From assembly GCA_000004985.1 (NCBI GenBank), contig GG738868.1: a DNA stretch of 64,000 nt; one strand, given 5' to 3'. This DNA comes from Naegleria gruberi (lineage: Eukaryota). The notes beneath the pieces were generated by a model, which made no database searches, had not been told where the DNA came from, and saw only the letters and a list, made by a program, of their open reading frames with translations. Both the position numbers and the translations under genes were made by a program. This document shows, piece after piece, positions 52,686-63,829 of the stretch (position 1 is the stretch's first letter; each line of letters starts with the position of its first letter).

Positions 52686-55075
52686 TTACATTGAAGTAGG
52701 ATAAGGTCTATCATAAATTACTGCTTCTGGTTGTTCAATTGAAGAAGATGTAGTGGTTGGCTGTATTGGTAATGATTGATTTTTCTCGCTTCTAGGGGAA
52801 ACTATACCTTCTTTAAGCACCTCACTGGATTTGTGTAACTCTTCAATTGCATTATTGACTTCATCTATTGAGGTTCCCGAGGAGGAGGAGGAGGAACTTG
52901 AGGAGGAGCTACTATCATGATTGGTTTCGACCACAGCTGCCGTAGCTGGTACTGTCACTGGTATAATTGGTTCACAAGGAATAATATTACTATTATTATT
53001 AGTATTTTTAGTTGTGCCAACTTTGTTCCTCTTAAGGTTCAAACTAGAGGGCAGATAATGATGTAAGAATAGTAGTTTCCCACCCTCTCTGCTTTGAAGA
53101 GTTTCATAAACCAAACACATAAAATATCCAATCGAAAGGGAAATGAAGAATACACCTATCACAATACCAGATACACCTAGTCCAATAACGTGATCCAACA
53201 TATCTGGTGCCAATACAATTTCCATGTTTGGACAAGTTTTAAGATATTCAATCACACCCCTATGTCCTCCATCAACATTTTCCCAAGGAATATTTCTATT
53301 CAATCTTTCACCATTAATTCTAATGTCATTGTAGAAATTTTGAGTTGTTACTTTGAAATCATCAGACAAGGAACATTTCATACCCAATGGATTAATCTGC
53401 TCTGAGGTCATGTTATTCAAGCAACAAATACGGAATGATGTTGAGCTAGATAGTTTCGATGGCTTAAATTTTATACCATCTGGACCGACCATATTAGAGG
53501 TCATGTAGAGACTCTCAGTAATTTCTCTCAAAATATCTCCATAGACGGCAACAAATGATACAAAACTCAAAAGACCTATCAAAAATGTTAATATACAATT
53601 GAATACAATAGCATATCTATAATTGCCAGCAAAAGTAAATAGTTGATAAATACACTAGATCACATACCTCATTTTCTTGTGGTAATCACTGGTTATTTTA
53701 CCAAAAAGCTTTGAGGTATAGACAGCTACGTATTGTAAATAATTAGTGATACATAAATCAACATACCTCCAATTAAGAAGAAGCCAACAGGCATCACCAT
53801 CATTTTCAAATTATTGCCCTTTGATGTAAGGAGACTTTCATCATAACTAAACCCTTCTTTCCATATTACTATATGGGAAAAAGCAAGATAAATCAGAATT
53901 AAGGCACCAACAACTCCAGTTAGAAAGCCTCCAGTCAATACTGGGCTCTCAATTAGACCAACTCCAAACTTTCTATCGGTTGCAATCGAAGAAGAACGAG
54001 GCGAATAGGAACCAGAATCGTCTGTTGTGTAATAGTCAATTTGTTTATCCTCTTTAAGCCAAATAATCAATGCTTGCCACTCTCCTCCTCTTTTTGGAAC
54101 ATTTCCAGAGATGGTTTCAAATAAATTTATCTTTTTGTTTTCTCTCCATGTTAAAGTTGTCCTGTTTAGCAATGCTTGTTCAAATGTTTTTCCTGAAGTA
54201 AAGAGTAGAGATCCATAAACACTATAGGGAAAAAAGTTAGGTGAAGAAAATTGCAATGTTAGATCGAACCCGTCTACTAGTTCAGAAGATAAATAGTATG
54301 CTTGATAAATATGTTGAGCACTGGATGGGTTTCCTTCTTTGAGATCTGAATAATAGACCGTAAAGAACGGATTTCCGCTTACTACTGTTGATGTTGAATT
54401 TGTTGTAGTATTTGATGAACTAGTTGCTAATTGATTTACAGTGCCATTAATTGCTAATTGATCTATAGTTCCATTTGTTAATGTATCAGGTTTGGATGTA
54501 TCATTAAGAGTTTGATTATTGATCATTGTATCATTCAAAGTGGAATCCATCCATTTCAATGATTCTCTTTTTGCAAATACTGGAGATGAAGTTGTTTTGA
54601 ACAGTATATCAATGAATCCAGAGAAGTCAAATCTTCCATTCATTGAAACAAACTTCATACTTTTAGAATCAACAGTGGCAATTGCTGAATCTCCATTAAA
54701 AAAGAACCTCAAACTGAAACTAGTTGTGTAAGGATATTGATTCATTAATTCCGTTTTAAAATCATAATTTGATGATGAGGCAGTATCTCCAACCTTGATG
54801 AATATTTGCCCTGGCCTATCCAAAAATTGCAAATTAAATGCGTTAAATCCTATAAATAATTGAGCATCAGATGCCCTATTATCCCTAAACGTTAACCTGT
54901 GATGATATTCATTACTTGAAGATGTACTGGGAAGAGAGACCTTACTAACGGAAGACATTCGTGAGCTGATGATGGTCTCAGCACCCATAACTTGCCATCC
55001 TCCCGAGCAATTTGCTATTATTATTACTAATATTGTCCAACTAATAACCACTCCCGACCACAATAATTTGCTCAT
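52686..55075 (-). CDS. large membrane glycoprotein (signal peptide, about 370-aa N-glycosylated ectodomain, multiple TM helices, Ser-rich cytoplasmic tail), 2 exons
   Basis: ATG at 55073-55075 (MSKLLWSGVVISWTILVIIIANCSGG). Exon A 53753..55075 ends ...GFFLIGGMLIY. A 98-nt intron 53655..53752 (GTATCA...GATCTAG, phase 0) follows. Exon B 52686..53654 continues CIYQLFTFAGNYRYAIVFNCILTFLIGLLSFVSFVAVYGD... in the frame of table ORF 52686..53582. No family assigned. Confidence 0.5.
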
Positions 55076-55435
55076 TCTCGTATGTTATTGAATGAGAACT
55101 CAAACTATTGATGTATTGAAGAAGAGGGAAGCGACGCCTTTTTTTCCTTAATTTTTTAAAAAACGACAAATTTATTGTGGCGGTTTTTTACTGTTACGAT
55201 GTTATTCACCTTAGAAAAAGTTCATCCTCCGACGGAAATCAATGAATGGATCAACGAACAAAGCATATGAAATAGGGAACAACGGAAGATGTGATGATGC
55301 AAAAAGATGAAACATTCAATAAGATTTGAAGAAGACCAAGCTTAATGTTACTTGAGATTTGTTTTTAATTGGAAATGGAAATGTTATAATTTAATAATAT
55401 ATATATTAATAATCAGTATAAATAATATTTAAAAA

Positions 55436-57109
55436 ATGGGACAAGATCAATCAACAGTTTCCATTCCGAAGAATAACATGTTTATTTGTGGAGAAAACAA
55501 AGAATGTAATTATATTTAAATACTTACATTTAGAATGAAAACAATTTGATAATTATTTAAATATATCATTGTATTATCAATATGATAAATAATGATCAAA
55601 TAATATTAAAGATCAATTCGGAATTGGATTTTCAAATTATACAACATTGAGAGAAATTAATAATTTCAAACAGGAAAATATTAAGAAGGTGTGCTGTGGA
55701 CCAAACTTTACAATTGTTCTAACCGATAGAGATGAAGTATATGGAACAGGATCGAATATTTATGGAGTTTTGGGTTTAGATTCATTTAGTCAATCGGATA
55801 GTCATCACTTTAATATTAATCGATTTGTAAAATTGCCAATTTCATTCAAGGTACAACATATTTGCTGCTGTAGATCGATGGTTGCTATTATTTCGAATGG
55901 ATATTTGAAAGCAAATAGGGAAACATTGTTGAATAGATCGATTATTTCGAATAGTTCCAGTCCTACCCAATTAAATGCCTATGGGCAAATGTTTTTCTGG
56001 AGTGGAGGTGATATTTCAATATCTGGTTGTCCAATCAATAAGAAATTCACTCCAATATATGATTGGAATTTTAATATAATGGGAAAAGTCAAGTTTTTCG
56101 AGTCGAGTCCATTTTCTTCCTTTTTTATAGTAGTAACAGGTAATTATTAATATTTCATTAGATTATAATTTTCGTTGGAATATATTAGAATTCAATAGGG
56201 TTTACTTTTCTGGACAAAATTGTAGTGGACAATTTGGAAATGGAGAGGAGAAACGAAATTTTAAATCCTTGTACCAATTGACTGATAATTTATTTCCAAC
56301 TTTTAAAGGCATAAAGCATGTTGCTTGTGGATCTAAACATTGTATTATAGTAACAGATGATAATGAACTCTACTCGAGTGGTAGTAATCAATATTTTCAA
56401 TTAGGACACTCCAACAATGCGAAACAAGACACCTTCCAGAAACCTGCAACAGAATTTCAAGGCAAAAAAATTGAACTAGTCAAGTGTGGAGAAAATTATA
56501 CAATGGTTTATTTGAGTAGTAAGTTTTGAGAGTTGGTTCGAATTTTTAATAATGAGGAAATTGTCAGATGGTGATTTATATGCTTGTGGAGCTAATCATT
56601 TTGGACAATTACTCAATAATCAAACTCAAAGGAAGGTTATATTTCACAAGATTCTAACTGATCGATCACTTGTTTCCCTCTCTTGTGGTAATAACTTTTC
56701 GCTCTATTTGACCAGGAATTGCCAAGTAATGAGGGCAGGTTCTAATGAATATGGTCAATTATTCTCTACGAAGAATGGATTTCAAATGCAAACTACAAAG
56801 GTGGATAAATCAATGCGTTTATTTGGATTGACTTGCTCCAACAATCTGACAATACTATATAAACAAAAGGATAATGATTGTGGAGAGATTTATTTGAGAA
56901 GATATTGCTCACAATTTGTCAAATCCTCTCCAAACAATAATAGACAACAGAACAAGGTATTATCACCCACAAAAAAGAGGAAGAAAAACTACCTTATGTA
57001 CAGATCTATCCACGACCATTTCTCGTTCATGTTTGATATTGCTTCGAGCTTGAAAATGGAGAATGCTACCCACCTTTTGTGCGATATTGAGGTGAAAATT
57101 TTGGAATGA
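55436..57109 (+). CDS. RCC1-repeat (regulator of chromosome condensation-like) protein, 4 exons (about 489 aa)
   Basis: Exons 55436..55505 (MGQDQSTVSIPKNNMFICGENKE), 55612..56139, 56189..56518, 56568..57109. Introns: 55506..55611 (GTAATT...AAAG), 56140..56188 (49 nt, GTAATT...TATTAG), 56519..56567 (49 nt, GTAAGT...GTCAG), all phase 1. The spliced product carries repeated RCC1 signatures: CGENKEYQFGIG, VCCGPNFTIVLTDRDEVYGTGSNIYGVLGLDS, IVVTEFNRVYFSGQNCSGQFGNG, VACGSKHCIIVTDDNELYSSGSNQYFQLGHSN, LYACGANHFGQLLN, LSCGNNFSLYLT...AGSNEYGQL. Confidence 0.7.
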
Positions 57110-57561
57110 TGAACAATGAAGACCTGCCCCACTACTGGTTGCAACTCTAATTCAAGAGTGTAATTCAAAGCACATCTTTCTTTTATTAAGGCAAATTGGT
57201 CTATTTCATTGATTAATTTTGAATATTTGTGATAGATTCATTTTAGTATGAATTTCTGAATGGGAAGATCAAAATGGGTGGTATCACTGTTTGGTTTTTA
57301 TGTATTCTATGAAGTATCAACTTTCCAATTTTGATTTTTGGTTTCTACATGGCGAAGGAGGAGGAGCTGAGAATTAGAACATTGCTAATTGGTTAAAAAA
57401 ATACTTGCTAAAACAAGGGTTGGGAATTCAGAATAAATCGACAATTTTCAGGTTTATTCAACAATATCACGGGAGCAAGCGGTATTTACAATAAACACGT
57501 GTCTGTGCAATCAGCATGTGTTGACTTTAGGTTAGTTTAGCCCTGTGCTTTCTTGTGTGAA

Positions 57562-59244
57562 ATGATTTCAAAAATTAAAAAAATGTTTGCAACAGAATGT
57601 CTGTTGAACGAACATAGAATATTCAAAAGAGATTACAGCAATTACCTTCATCAGTTCCATGATGATTCTTCATCAACATGTGGGAATGAACAATTCGAAT
57701 CTTTATCTTACTCAAGAAATTCATCTATGGAAGAAAGCTTGAACATTCAAACTAAAGAACTTGCTAAATCAATGCTTGAACATGCTGAAAGCTATGTTAA
57801 AGGTACTAATGGATATCCAAAATCCAATGAAAACGCTTTCGAATGGTATCTCAAATCTGCCAAACTTGGCAATGCTTCAGCCCAATATATTGTTGGACTA
57901 ATGAACATGGACGGTATTGGAACCTCTATTTCTCATACCAAGGCATTGAAATATTTCAAGAAAGCTGCCAAACAAGATAACATTGGTGCCCAACATAATT
58001 ATGGGAAACTGTTAGAAAGAAATGGTAAGCCTTATAAAGCTTTCAAATGGTTTGTAAGAGCTGCTGAAAAGGGTAACTGTAGGTACTCACAACATCGTCT
58101 CGGTGAATTATATCTGGATGGTATTGGAGTTGAGAATGATGATTCTACAGCTTTCGAATGGTTTCAACGAGCTGCAAATCAAGAATATTCAGAGGCACAG
58201 CTTGCTCTTGCTAGAATGTATTTTTATGGTCAAGGAGTAAGTCGTTCTCTGAAGAAATCCTTTGAATGGGCCTTAAAGGCAGCAACAAGTAATGAAAATG
58301 GAAGAGCCCAATATGAAACTGGCCTAAACTATTTGAAAGGTTGCGGAGTTGAACCATCAACAGAAGAAGCATTAAAATTCTTAAGAAAAGCAGCTGATAA
58401 CGAAGATGCAGATGCTCAATTACTTCTTTGTGTAATGCACTATGAAGAAGTAATACCAAAGACCACTCCTGAAGAAGTAATATTTCAATGGTGTTCCAAA
58501 GCAGCTGACAATTATATTCACCAAATTGCACTATTCATCTTGGGAGAACTCTATGAAAAAGGAATTGGAGTAGAGCAAGATAATGAAATGGCATTTGAGA
58601 AGTACATGTCTCTTGAAGTATCAACATCAAATTTTATACTGTTTCCTTATCATTATTACAAAGAGTTATTGTTTCGTATAGGTGATATGTATTTGAATGG
58701 AAAAGGTGTTGAACGATCAAGTAAAAAGGCAGGGGAATGGTTTAATAAGGCAGCCAATAGAGGGCACTCAGAATCCAAATTTCGATTTGGGGTTTTAATG
58801 TTCCTTATTGGAAAACATTCAGAAAAAGCTCTATATTGGATTTCACAGGCAGACCAAGATGGCCATGTATTAGCCTCTGTTTTCGAAATGTGGACACAAG
58901 ATATCCAAGACCTATTAGAGACAACTTCTTCATTCAAATTAGCTTGGATAATTAGAGAATGTTGCAATTTCTTTCTCTCCAACAAATATGAGACAATAAG
59001 GGATGTCGAGGAATATTTAGCAGGGAGGTTTCATGATGGAGGCTTTTATGAGCAAGCTTTTAAATGGTATAATATGTCTGCTGAAAAGGGAAACATACTA
59101 TCACAATATAACATAGGAGTTATGTATAAGAAAGGTATTGGTGTGGCTCAATCCTATTCGAAATCTGCTGAATGGTATGAAAAAGGATTTTACAAATTAT
59201 TACTTGAAACAGATTATTTATCAGGAAAGGATTTGGATTTTTAA
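57562..59244 (+). CDS. Sel1-like repeat (SLR) protein
   Basis: The table start is TTG 57553; the ATG is at 57562. About 12 Sel1 repeats are present (AQYIVGLMNMDGIGTSISHTKALKYFKKAAKQDN; SQHRLGELYLDGIGVENDDSTAFEWFQRAANQEY; SQYNIGVMYKKGIGVAQSYSKSAEWYEKG). Confidence 0.8.
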   Translation: MISKIKKMFATECLLNEHRIFKRDYSNYLHQFHDDSSSTCGNEQFESLSYSRNSSMEESLNIQTKELAKSMLEHAESYVKGTNGYPKSNENAFEWYLKSAKLGNASAQYIVGLMNMDGIGTSISHTKALKYFKKAAKQDNIGAQHNYGKLLERNGKPYKAFKWFVRAAEKGNCRYSQHRLGELYLDGIGVENDDSTAFEWFQRAANQEYSEAQLALARMYFYGQGVSRSLKKSFEWALKAATSNENGRAQYETGLNYLKGCGVEPSTEEALKFLRKAADNEDADAQLLLCVMHYEEVIPKTTPEEVIFQWCSKAADNYIHQIALFILGELYEKGIGVEQDNEMAFEKYMSLEVSTSNFILFPYHYYKELLFRIGDMYLNGKGVERSSKKAGEWFNKAANRGHSESKFRFGVLMFLIGKHSEKALYWISQADQDGHVLASVFEMWTQDIQDLLETTSSFKLAWIIRECCNFFLSNKYETIRDVEEYLAGRFHDGGFYEQAFKWYNMSAEKGNILSQYNIGVMYKKGIGVAQSYSKSAEWYEKGFYKLLLETDYLSGKDLDF

Positions 59245-59369
59245 GATTTTAATAAATAAGGTGTGTTGGTTTTTTATTGTTTTTAGAGTTTTGTGGTTTT
59301 TTGTGTGTGAGCTATTTACAAACCTTAGGCTAGTGATATGTTTGAGCTCAAAATGAGTCAAACAGTTAG

Positions 59370-60491
59370 TCACTCGGCCTTTGGAGATTCATTTTGTTGT
59401 TTTGGTTTCAGTTTGGCCAAACAGCCTGCAGAGTTTTGGAGGCATTGATTAAAGAGGCCAGCATTCCCAAGACTTGTTTCCAAAGTATGAGGAAGAATTT
59501 GTCGTGTATCCACAACACGATGACTTCCATACTCGAATGCATAAGGATCTAATCCAAATGAAGGGAAACATTCTAAAAGTGTGACATTATCCAAAGAAGA
59601 AATATCCCACTCAGTTTCAGGTTGAATCAAGATTGAGATTGGAACCCCTTCTTCATAATCGTAAAAGGTTTGAACTGTGATACTAGTGTCAAATTTACAG
59701 CAAAGTTCAGGGCTTTGTACTGACTTTTGATAGATATAAATAGTCTCTGAGGTAAGGAGAACTCTTTGCATGTGGAGACTGTCGTCTTCATCAGAATCTT
59801 CATCATCCTCATCTCTGACACTAATGACTGTATCTTCGAGGGCTTCCCGTACAATCTTTCCAATGAAACGAATAGGGATTCTACTGTTTGGTTGTCTATC
59901 CTTATTCAATTGAAGGAATGAGGAATATTCCTTCATGACGAATTCAATATGTTTTGGATCTTCATTGCCATACCAGAATGGAATTTCAATATCTACAAAT
60001 TCATCGTCTTCGTCCATTTCTTCATTGTCCTCTTCTTCGTCCTCCTCATCACTTTCATCGTCACTTTCTTCAGAATGTCTAAAGTAAAAATGTTTAGATT
60101 TAGGTTTAGATGGGACGACATTATCATCTTCATCGACATCGATCCAATCATCGTCATTATCGTCTTCCATTGAATCTTGTTGATTTGATTCTGTTGTGGA
60201 ATGTTCCTTTCCTTTGATTTTCGATGGGACTAGTTTATGTGAGTTGGCTAATTCGCCACTCACTTGTTGATTCACCACTGTTGTTGTGATAGTTGAGTGT
60301 TGGTGCACTACTGATGAAGAAGAAGGTGCTTGCATCATCTTAAAGTAGATAAAGTTAGTTGTAGTAGCTTGCTGATTCATAAACGGGTGCTGAAAGCCAA
60401 TGGCAATATCTGTTCTTGGAGCATAAAATGTTTGGTTCATTGTCAAGGTCATTGTTAATAATACTATTAATGTTGTTGTTGTTGGTGACAA
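59370..60491 (-). CDS. hypothetical acidic (D/E/S-rich) protein with conserved-looking C-terminal globular region
   Basis: The table start is TTG; the first ATG is 14 codons in (MTLTMNQ...). Long acidic runs (EESDDESDEEDEEEDNEEMDEDDE; DEDDEDSDEDD). The C-terminus is ...SPELCCKFDTSITVQTFYDYEEGVPISILIQPETEWDISS.... No family assigned; the 5' end may lie in an upstream exon. Confidence 0.4.
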   Translation of the reverse strand: MSPTTTTLIVLLTMTLTMNQTFYAPRTDIAIGFQHPFMNQQATTTNFIYFKMMQAPSSSSVVHQHSTITTTVVNQQVSGELANSHKLVPSKIKGKEHSTTESNQQDSMEDDNDDDWIDVDEDDNVVPSKPKSKHFYFRHSEESDDESDEEDEEEDNEEMDEDDEFVDIEIPFWYGNEDPKHIEFVMKEYSSFLQLNKDRQPNSRIPIRFIGKIVREALEDTVISVRDEDDEDSDEDDSLHMQRVLLTSETIYIYQKSVQSPELCCKFDTSITVQTFYDYEEGVPISILIQPETEWDISSLDNVTLLECFPSFGLDPYAFEYGSHRVVDTRQILPHTLETSLGNAGLFNQCLQNSAGCLAKLKPKQQNESPKAE

Positions 60492-61526
60492 TAGAGAAGA
60501 ACATAGGATTATAGAATTGAGTCAAACGATATAAATCGTGAGTGCGGAATAGTTGGTTGGTTTGGTTGTTGTTTTAAATATATAGTCTTGTCTAATTAAT
60601 TGTAGAAGCTCTTGATAATAATTGTATTGGGCTTTCTACTAAGTTCAAAGAGGTATGAATAATACTACTAATGATGTTGTTGAGTTTTTTTAAAATTATC
60701 AAATTCCAGATGCAAACCCGCCTACTTAAAACAATTGCTATCGTAACGGCTGTAGTTGAGGTTAAATTTAGAATAATAAGCGAAAGAAGAGGAAGAATGA
60801 AAACGTGAGGATTATTTTTAAACGCCAGAGTTCCTTTCGCAGCAGATATGGTGTTGATGGTATTTGCTTGTTGTGTTACACAAATATGCAATGATGGTGA
60901 TGATGGTCGAATGATTGTTGTATGAAAGATTCAACAATACTTAATGTGATGTTTTTCATTATCTATGTTATACTCAAACACAAAATACCTACACTTTCGG
61001 AAATTAAAATGTGATGGTGAATGTAGTGTTGTTATATGCTTGCTTCAATGTGCAATATAAACAACCTAGTTAGAAACGTAGGGTAGTACAGTTTACTAGT
61101 ATTGATAATGTTGTCGAATCAAATAACACACGCTTGTCTAAATGTGTGTTTCGTTCCGTGGCGAAGAGTTTGATGATGTGGTTAATCACTCTTTTTTTTT
61201 CAATGTTCCTCATCACTTTTCGCAACTTTGACGAAAAAAAGTCTAGTGGTAAATTAAAGGTTCTTTGCCATTAAAGACCAGCTTGTAGAATTGCCAAATG
61301 GAAATTTAGTTTACAATTGGCTTTACAGAATTTACCGATGAATTAAACTGCTACTCAAAGTTGAAATTGAGATTTCTTTTGGTTCTTTTCTTTATCCTGA
61401 TCATTCATATTTGATCAAAATGTAACAAAGTTAAGATTATTAATATTACTGTCTCTCGAACAAAAAAACGAATTGAGACTTTTCTAATCAGTGTAGCAAG
61501 AACAAACAGAATAAAGATTAAAACAA

Positions 61527-61613
61527 TCCGATGAGACGGAATCGAACCGCCGACCACAGGATGACAGTTTTTCTTGCTACAGTCCCATGCTCTACCAGCT
61601 GAGCTATCATCGG
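61527..61613 (-). tRNA. tRNA-Tyr (anticodon GUA) with 14-nt intron
   Basis: The revcomp is CCGATGATAGCTCAGCTGGTAGAGCATGGGACTGTAG[caagaaaaactgtc]ATCCTGTGGTCGGCGGTTCGATTCCGTCTCATCGGA. It closely matches the eukaryotic tRNA-Tyr consensus (CCTTCGATAGCTCAGCTGGTAGAGC...GACTGTAG...ATCC...GGTTCGATTCCGG). The intron lies immediately 3' of anticodon position 37, the canonical site. Confidence 0.8.
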
Positions 61614-61733
61614 TTACATTCCATTGGTAATTAAGGAATCTGACCCTTAGTACAATAATATGTTATCCATGCCTGTTACCTATGCTTAATAGTGGTAGAT
61701 ATTTAATATTCATCATTAATAATGTACAATTTT

Positions 61734-63829
61734 TTACTTCTTAAGCTTTGGGAAAATGGATCCAAGGTGAGGAATGAGTTCAGTGTGGAATTGGTATGAT
61801 TGACCAGTTGCATAAATTACAATTTTTCCTGCAGGATTAATTCTAAAAACTAAAAATCATATATAAATTAAAATATGAATGAGTAACACTTACTTCTTTC
61901 TGGAGCAATTCCTAATTGTGACATGGCAACATCATCAGTAGCTCTATTACCAAATCCAGAATAGAATGGAGTGACCTTCTTTAGAGCTTCATGACGTTGT
62001 TCTGTGGTAGTTGACAAAAGCCCTGGTACAAAGGTCTTTAACACAATGTCCAACATGTAAATCTTGAATGTATCTGGTCTCTTTAACACAATTTCTCTCA
62101 CAAGAGCATTTCCTCCTGAATTGTAAGCAGTAAATACAGCACCCTCAGGTAAATCCACTGACTTTCCATTCTTGGAGTATTTTTGTTGCAATCTTTCAAT
62201 GAAAAATCTAGTGCTGGAAGACATTGTAATTGGACGAGCTGTCAAGTAGAGCATCTTGTAACCAGCTTGATGAATTTCAGAGTATGCTTCAGTGATATCC
62301 TTGTGTACATAGTCCTTTCCAATTCTACAAGCAACATGACCTCCCAAATCAGATTTTGTAATAGTGCCGTCAATGTCCGAAACGATAATCTTGTCAGTAT
62401 CTTTCCACAAGTAGAGTCTTCCGAGAGCAAGTTGTTCCTTATTGGTACCACTGCTTTCCTTTTGCTTGGCACCTGCAACCTTGGCAATATTGCTGCCAAA
62501 CATTGAAAATTCAGGTAATTGTTGTTCTAACACCTTGGTTTTGAAAATCAAAGTCAACTTGGTTTCACCCTTTTCATAGAACTTGTTCAATTCAGTTTCG
62601 ATAGCTTTCAAGTGACTTCCGGCTGGAATAAACCATTCGTGTGGGTAGAGCAATTCATCGTGAATATTCTTCAAAACCTTCTTCTTGAGTCGTTCTCTTC
62701 TAGAAGACTTTTCCTCATTGGTTTCACTTGGTGTGGATGGAGTGTTAGATTTTTTGAGTTTTTGTTTGAAACTGGATAAACGGTGTTTCAATCCCTTCTT
62801 TTGTGTTGGTGTTTCTGGAGTCAATGTTGATGGAGAAGAGCTTTCATCGTCAGAAACTGGTGTTACAGGTGAGGAAATATCATGATGCATACTGTTGGTA
62901 GAACTAGTGTGAATGCTTGGAGTTGTAGAGTCAGAGAAACTTCCAAATCCCATAGAGAGGGCCATCTCTCCAGCAAAGTGTTTAAGCATGTCTCTCTTTT
63001 TCAGCTTTTCCTCTTCTTCCTGCTTTTCATCACGTCTCTTCTTTGTCATTTCTTTCAGGTATTTGATTTTTTCCTTTGGTGTTTTCAAGGAATTGTAATG
63101 TTTGTAAAATTCATTCATTTCCTCTTGGGTGGCATGTTGGAAATATTCAAATTCTTCGCCCTCAATTGGTGATGAATTCAATCCATTCTCCTTCTTTACC
63201 TCTTCAAGAATTGATGCAATATTCAATTGTGGAGCATCATGATCCAAGTCCTCACTTTCAATATCCTGATCAGCATGTTCTGCAATTTGCTGTTCCCACC
63301 TTTGAATCTTTTCTTGTTCTTTCAAATCATCTTCCACAGGTTTAAGTTCATCACCCAAATCCTTACTCAATTCTTTAGTTTCCTTTTTCATTTCCTTCAT
63401 CATGTCGCTAATCTTTCCACCAAATACTTTTTGGTCAAAGAAGGGAATTTTGAATCCACTTTCAATAGTCATGGTAGCAATCAAAGTTTCCTGTCCTCTC
63501 TTTGTGCTTGATCTATAATGTTCAGCAGTTAAATCAGTCTTGGCATCATAAGATTTAACAAATACTTGTACAGATTGATTGACTGTTGATTTCTTTGGAA
63601 ATCTAACAAAGAATGGTGTTGTTTTCACAGAGCATGATTCATCCCTCGACTTGACAGCAATAACATCAATACAATTACCAATCAATAATCGTTTCTGATC
63701 AGCAATCTTTGTAGTTGGTGCAATATTGTGCAAATCCGATGATGAGGCAGACATGTTTTCTTCTTGTTTTATATTAAATAATTTGCTTTTTGACAGTGAA
63801 TGAACAATTTTGCAAAATAAACTTTTCAT
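61734..63829 (-). CDS. lipin/Ned1/Pah1-type Mg2+-dependent phosphatidate phosphatase, 2 exons
   Basis: The N-LIP region is ...LLIGNCIDVIAVKSRDESCSVKTTPFFVRFPK (compare G.IDVIVV...DGS...SPFHVRFGK). The C-LIP catalytic DxDxT motif is IIVSDIDGTITKSDLGGHV, followed by LTARPI...FGNRATDD. The table ORF 61868..63829 reads through a 44-nt 3' intron 61850..61893 (GTAAGT...TTTTTAG, phase 1). The spliced C-terminus RIFRINPAGKIVIY... matches lipin (IFTINPKGE) and ends at the stop at 61734-61736. The start is ATG 63827-63829, or an alternative ATG at 63752-63754 (MSASSSD...). Confidence 0.85.

Noticed and set aside
56140-56161. A 22-nt GT...AG 'intron' that would join RCC1 table ORFs at the nearest acceptor
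   Set aside because: It is far shorter than any other intron here. The next in-phase acceptor gives a 49-nt intron, identical in size to the gene's other short intron, and a better RCC1 blade sequence.
7688-59244. Possibility that the window is an integrated giant-virus (nucleocytoviricota) island, because of the Sel1/MORN/DUF4116/kelch-BTB/F-box content
   Set aside because: These genes contain spliceosomal introns with the same signals as the housekeeping genes and have the same base composition. They are interspersed with nuclear tRNAs and core eukaryotic genes (lipin, FKBP, G-alpha, SLC6, ABC1 kinase). No viral hallmark genes (MCP, PolB, A32 ATPase, VLTF3) are present.
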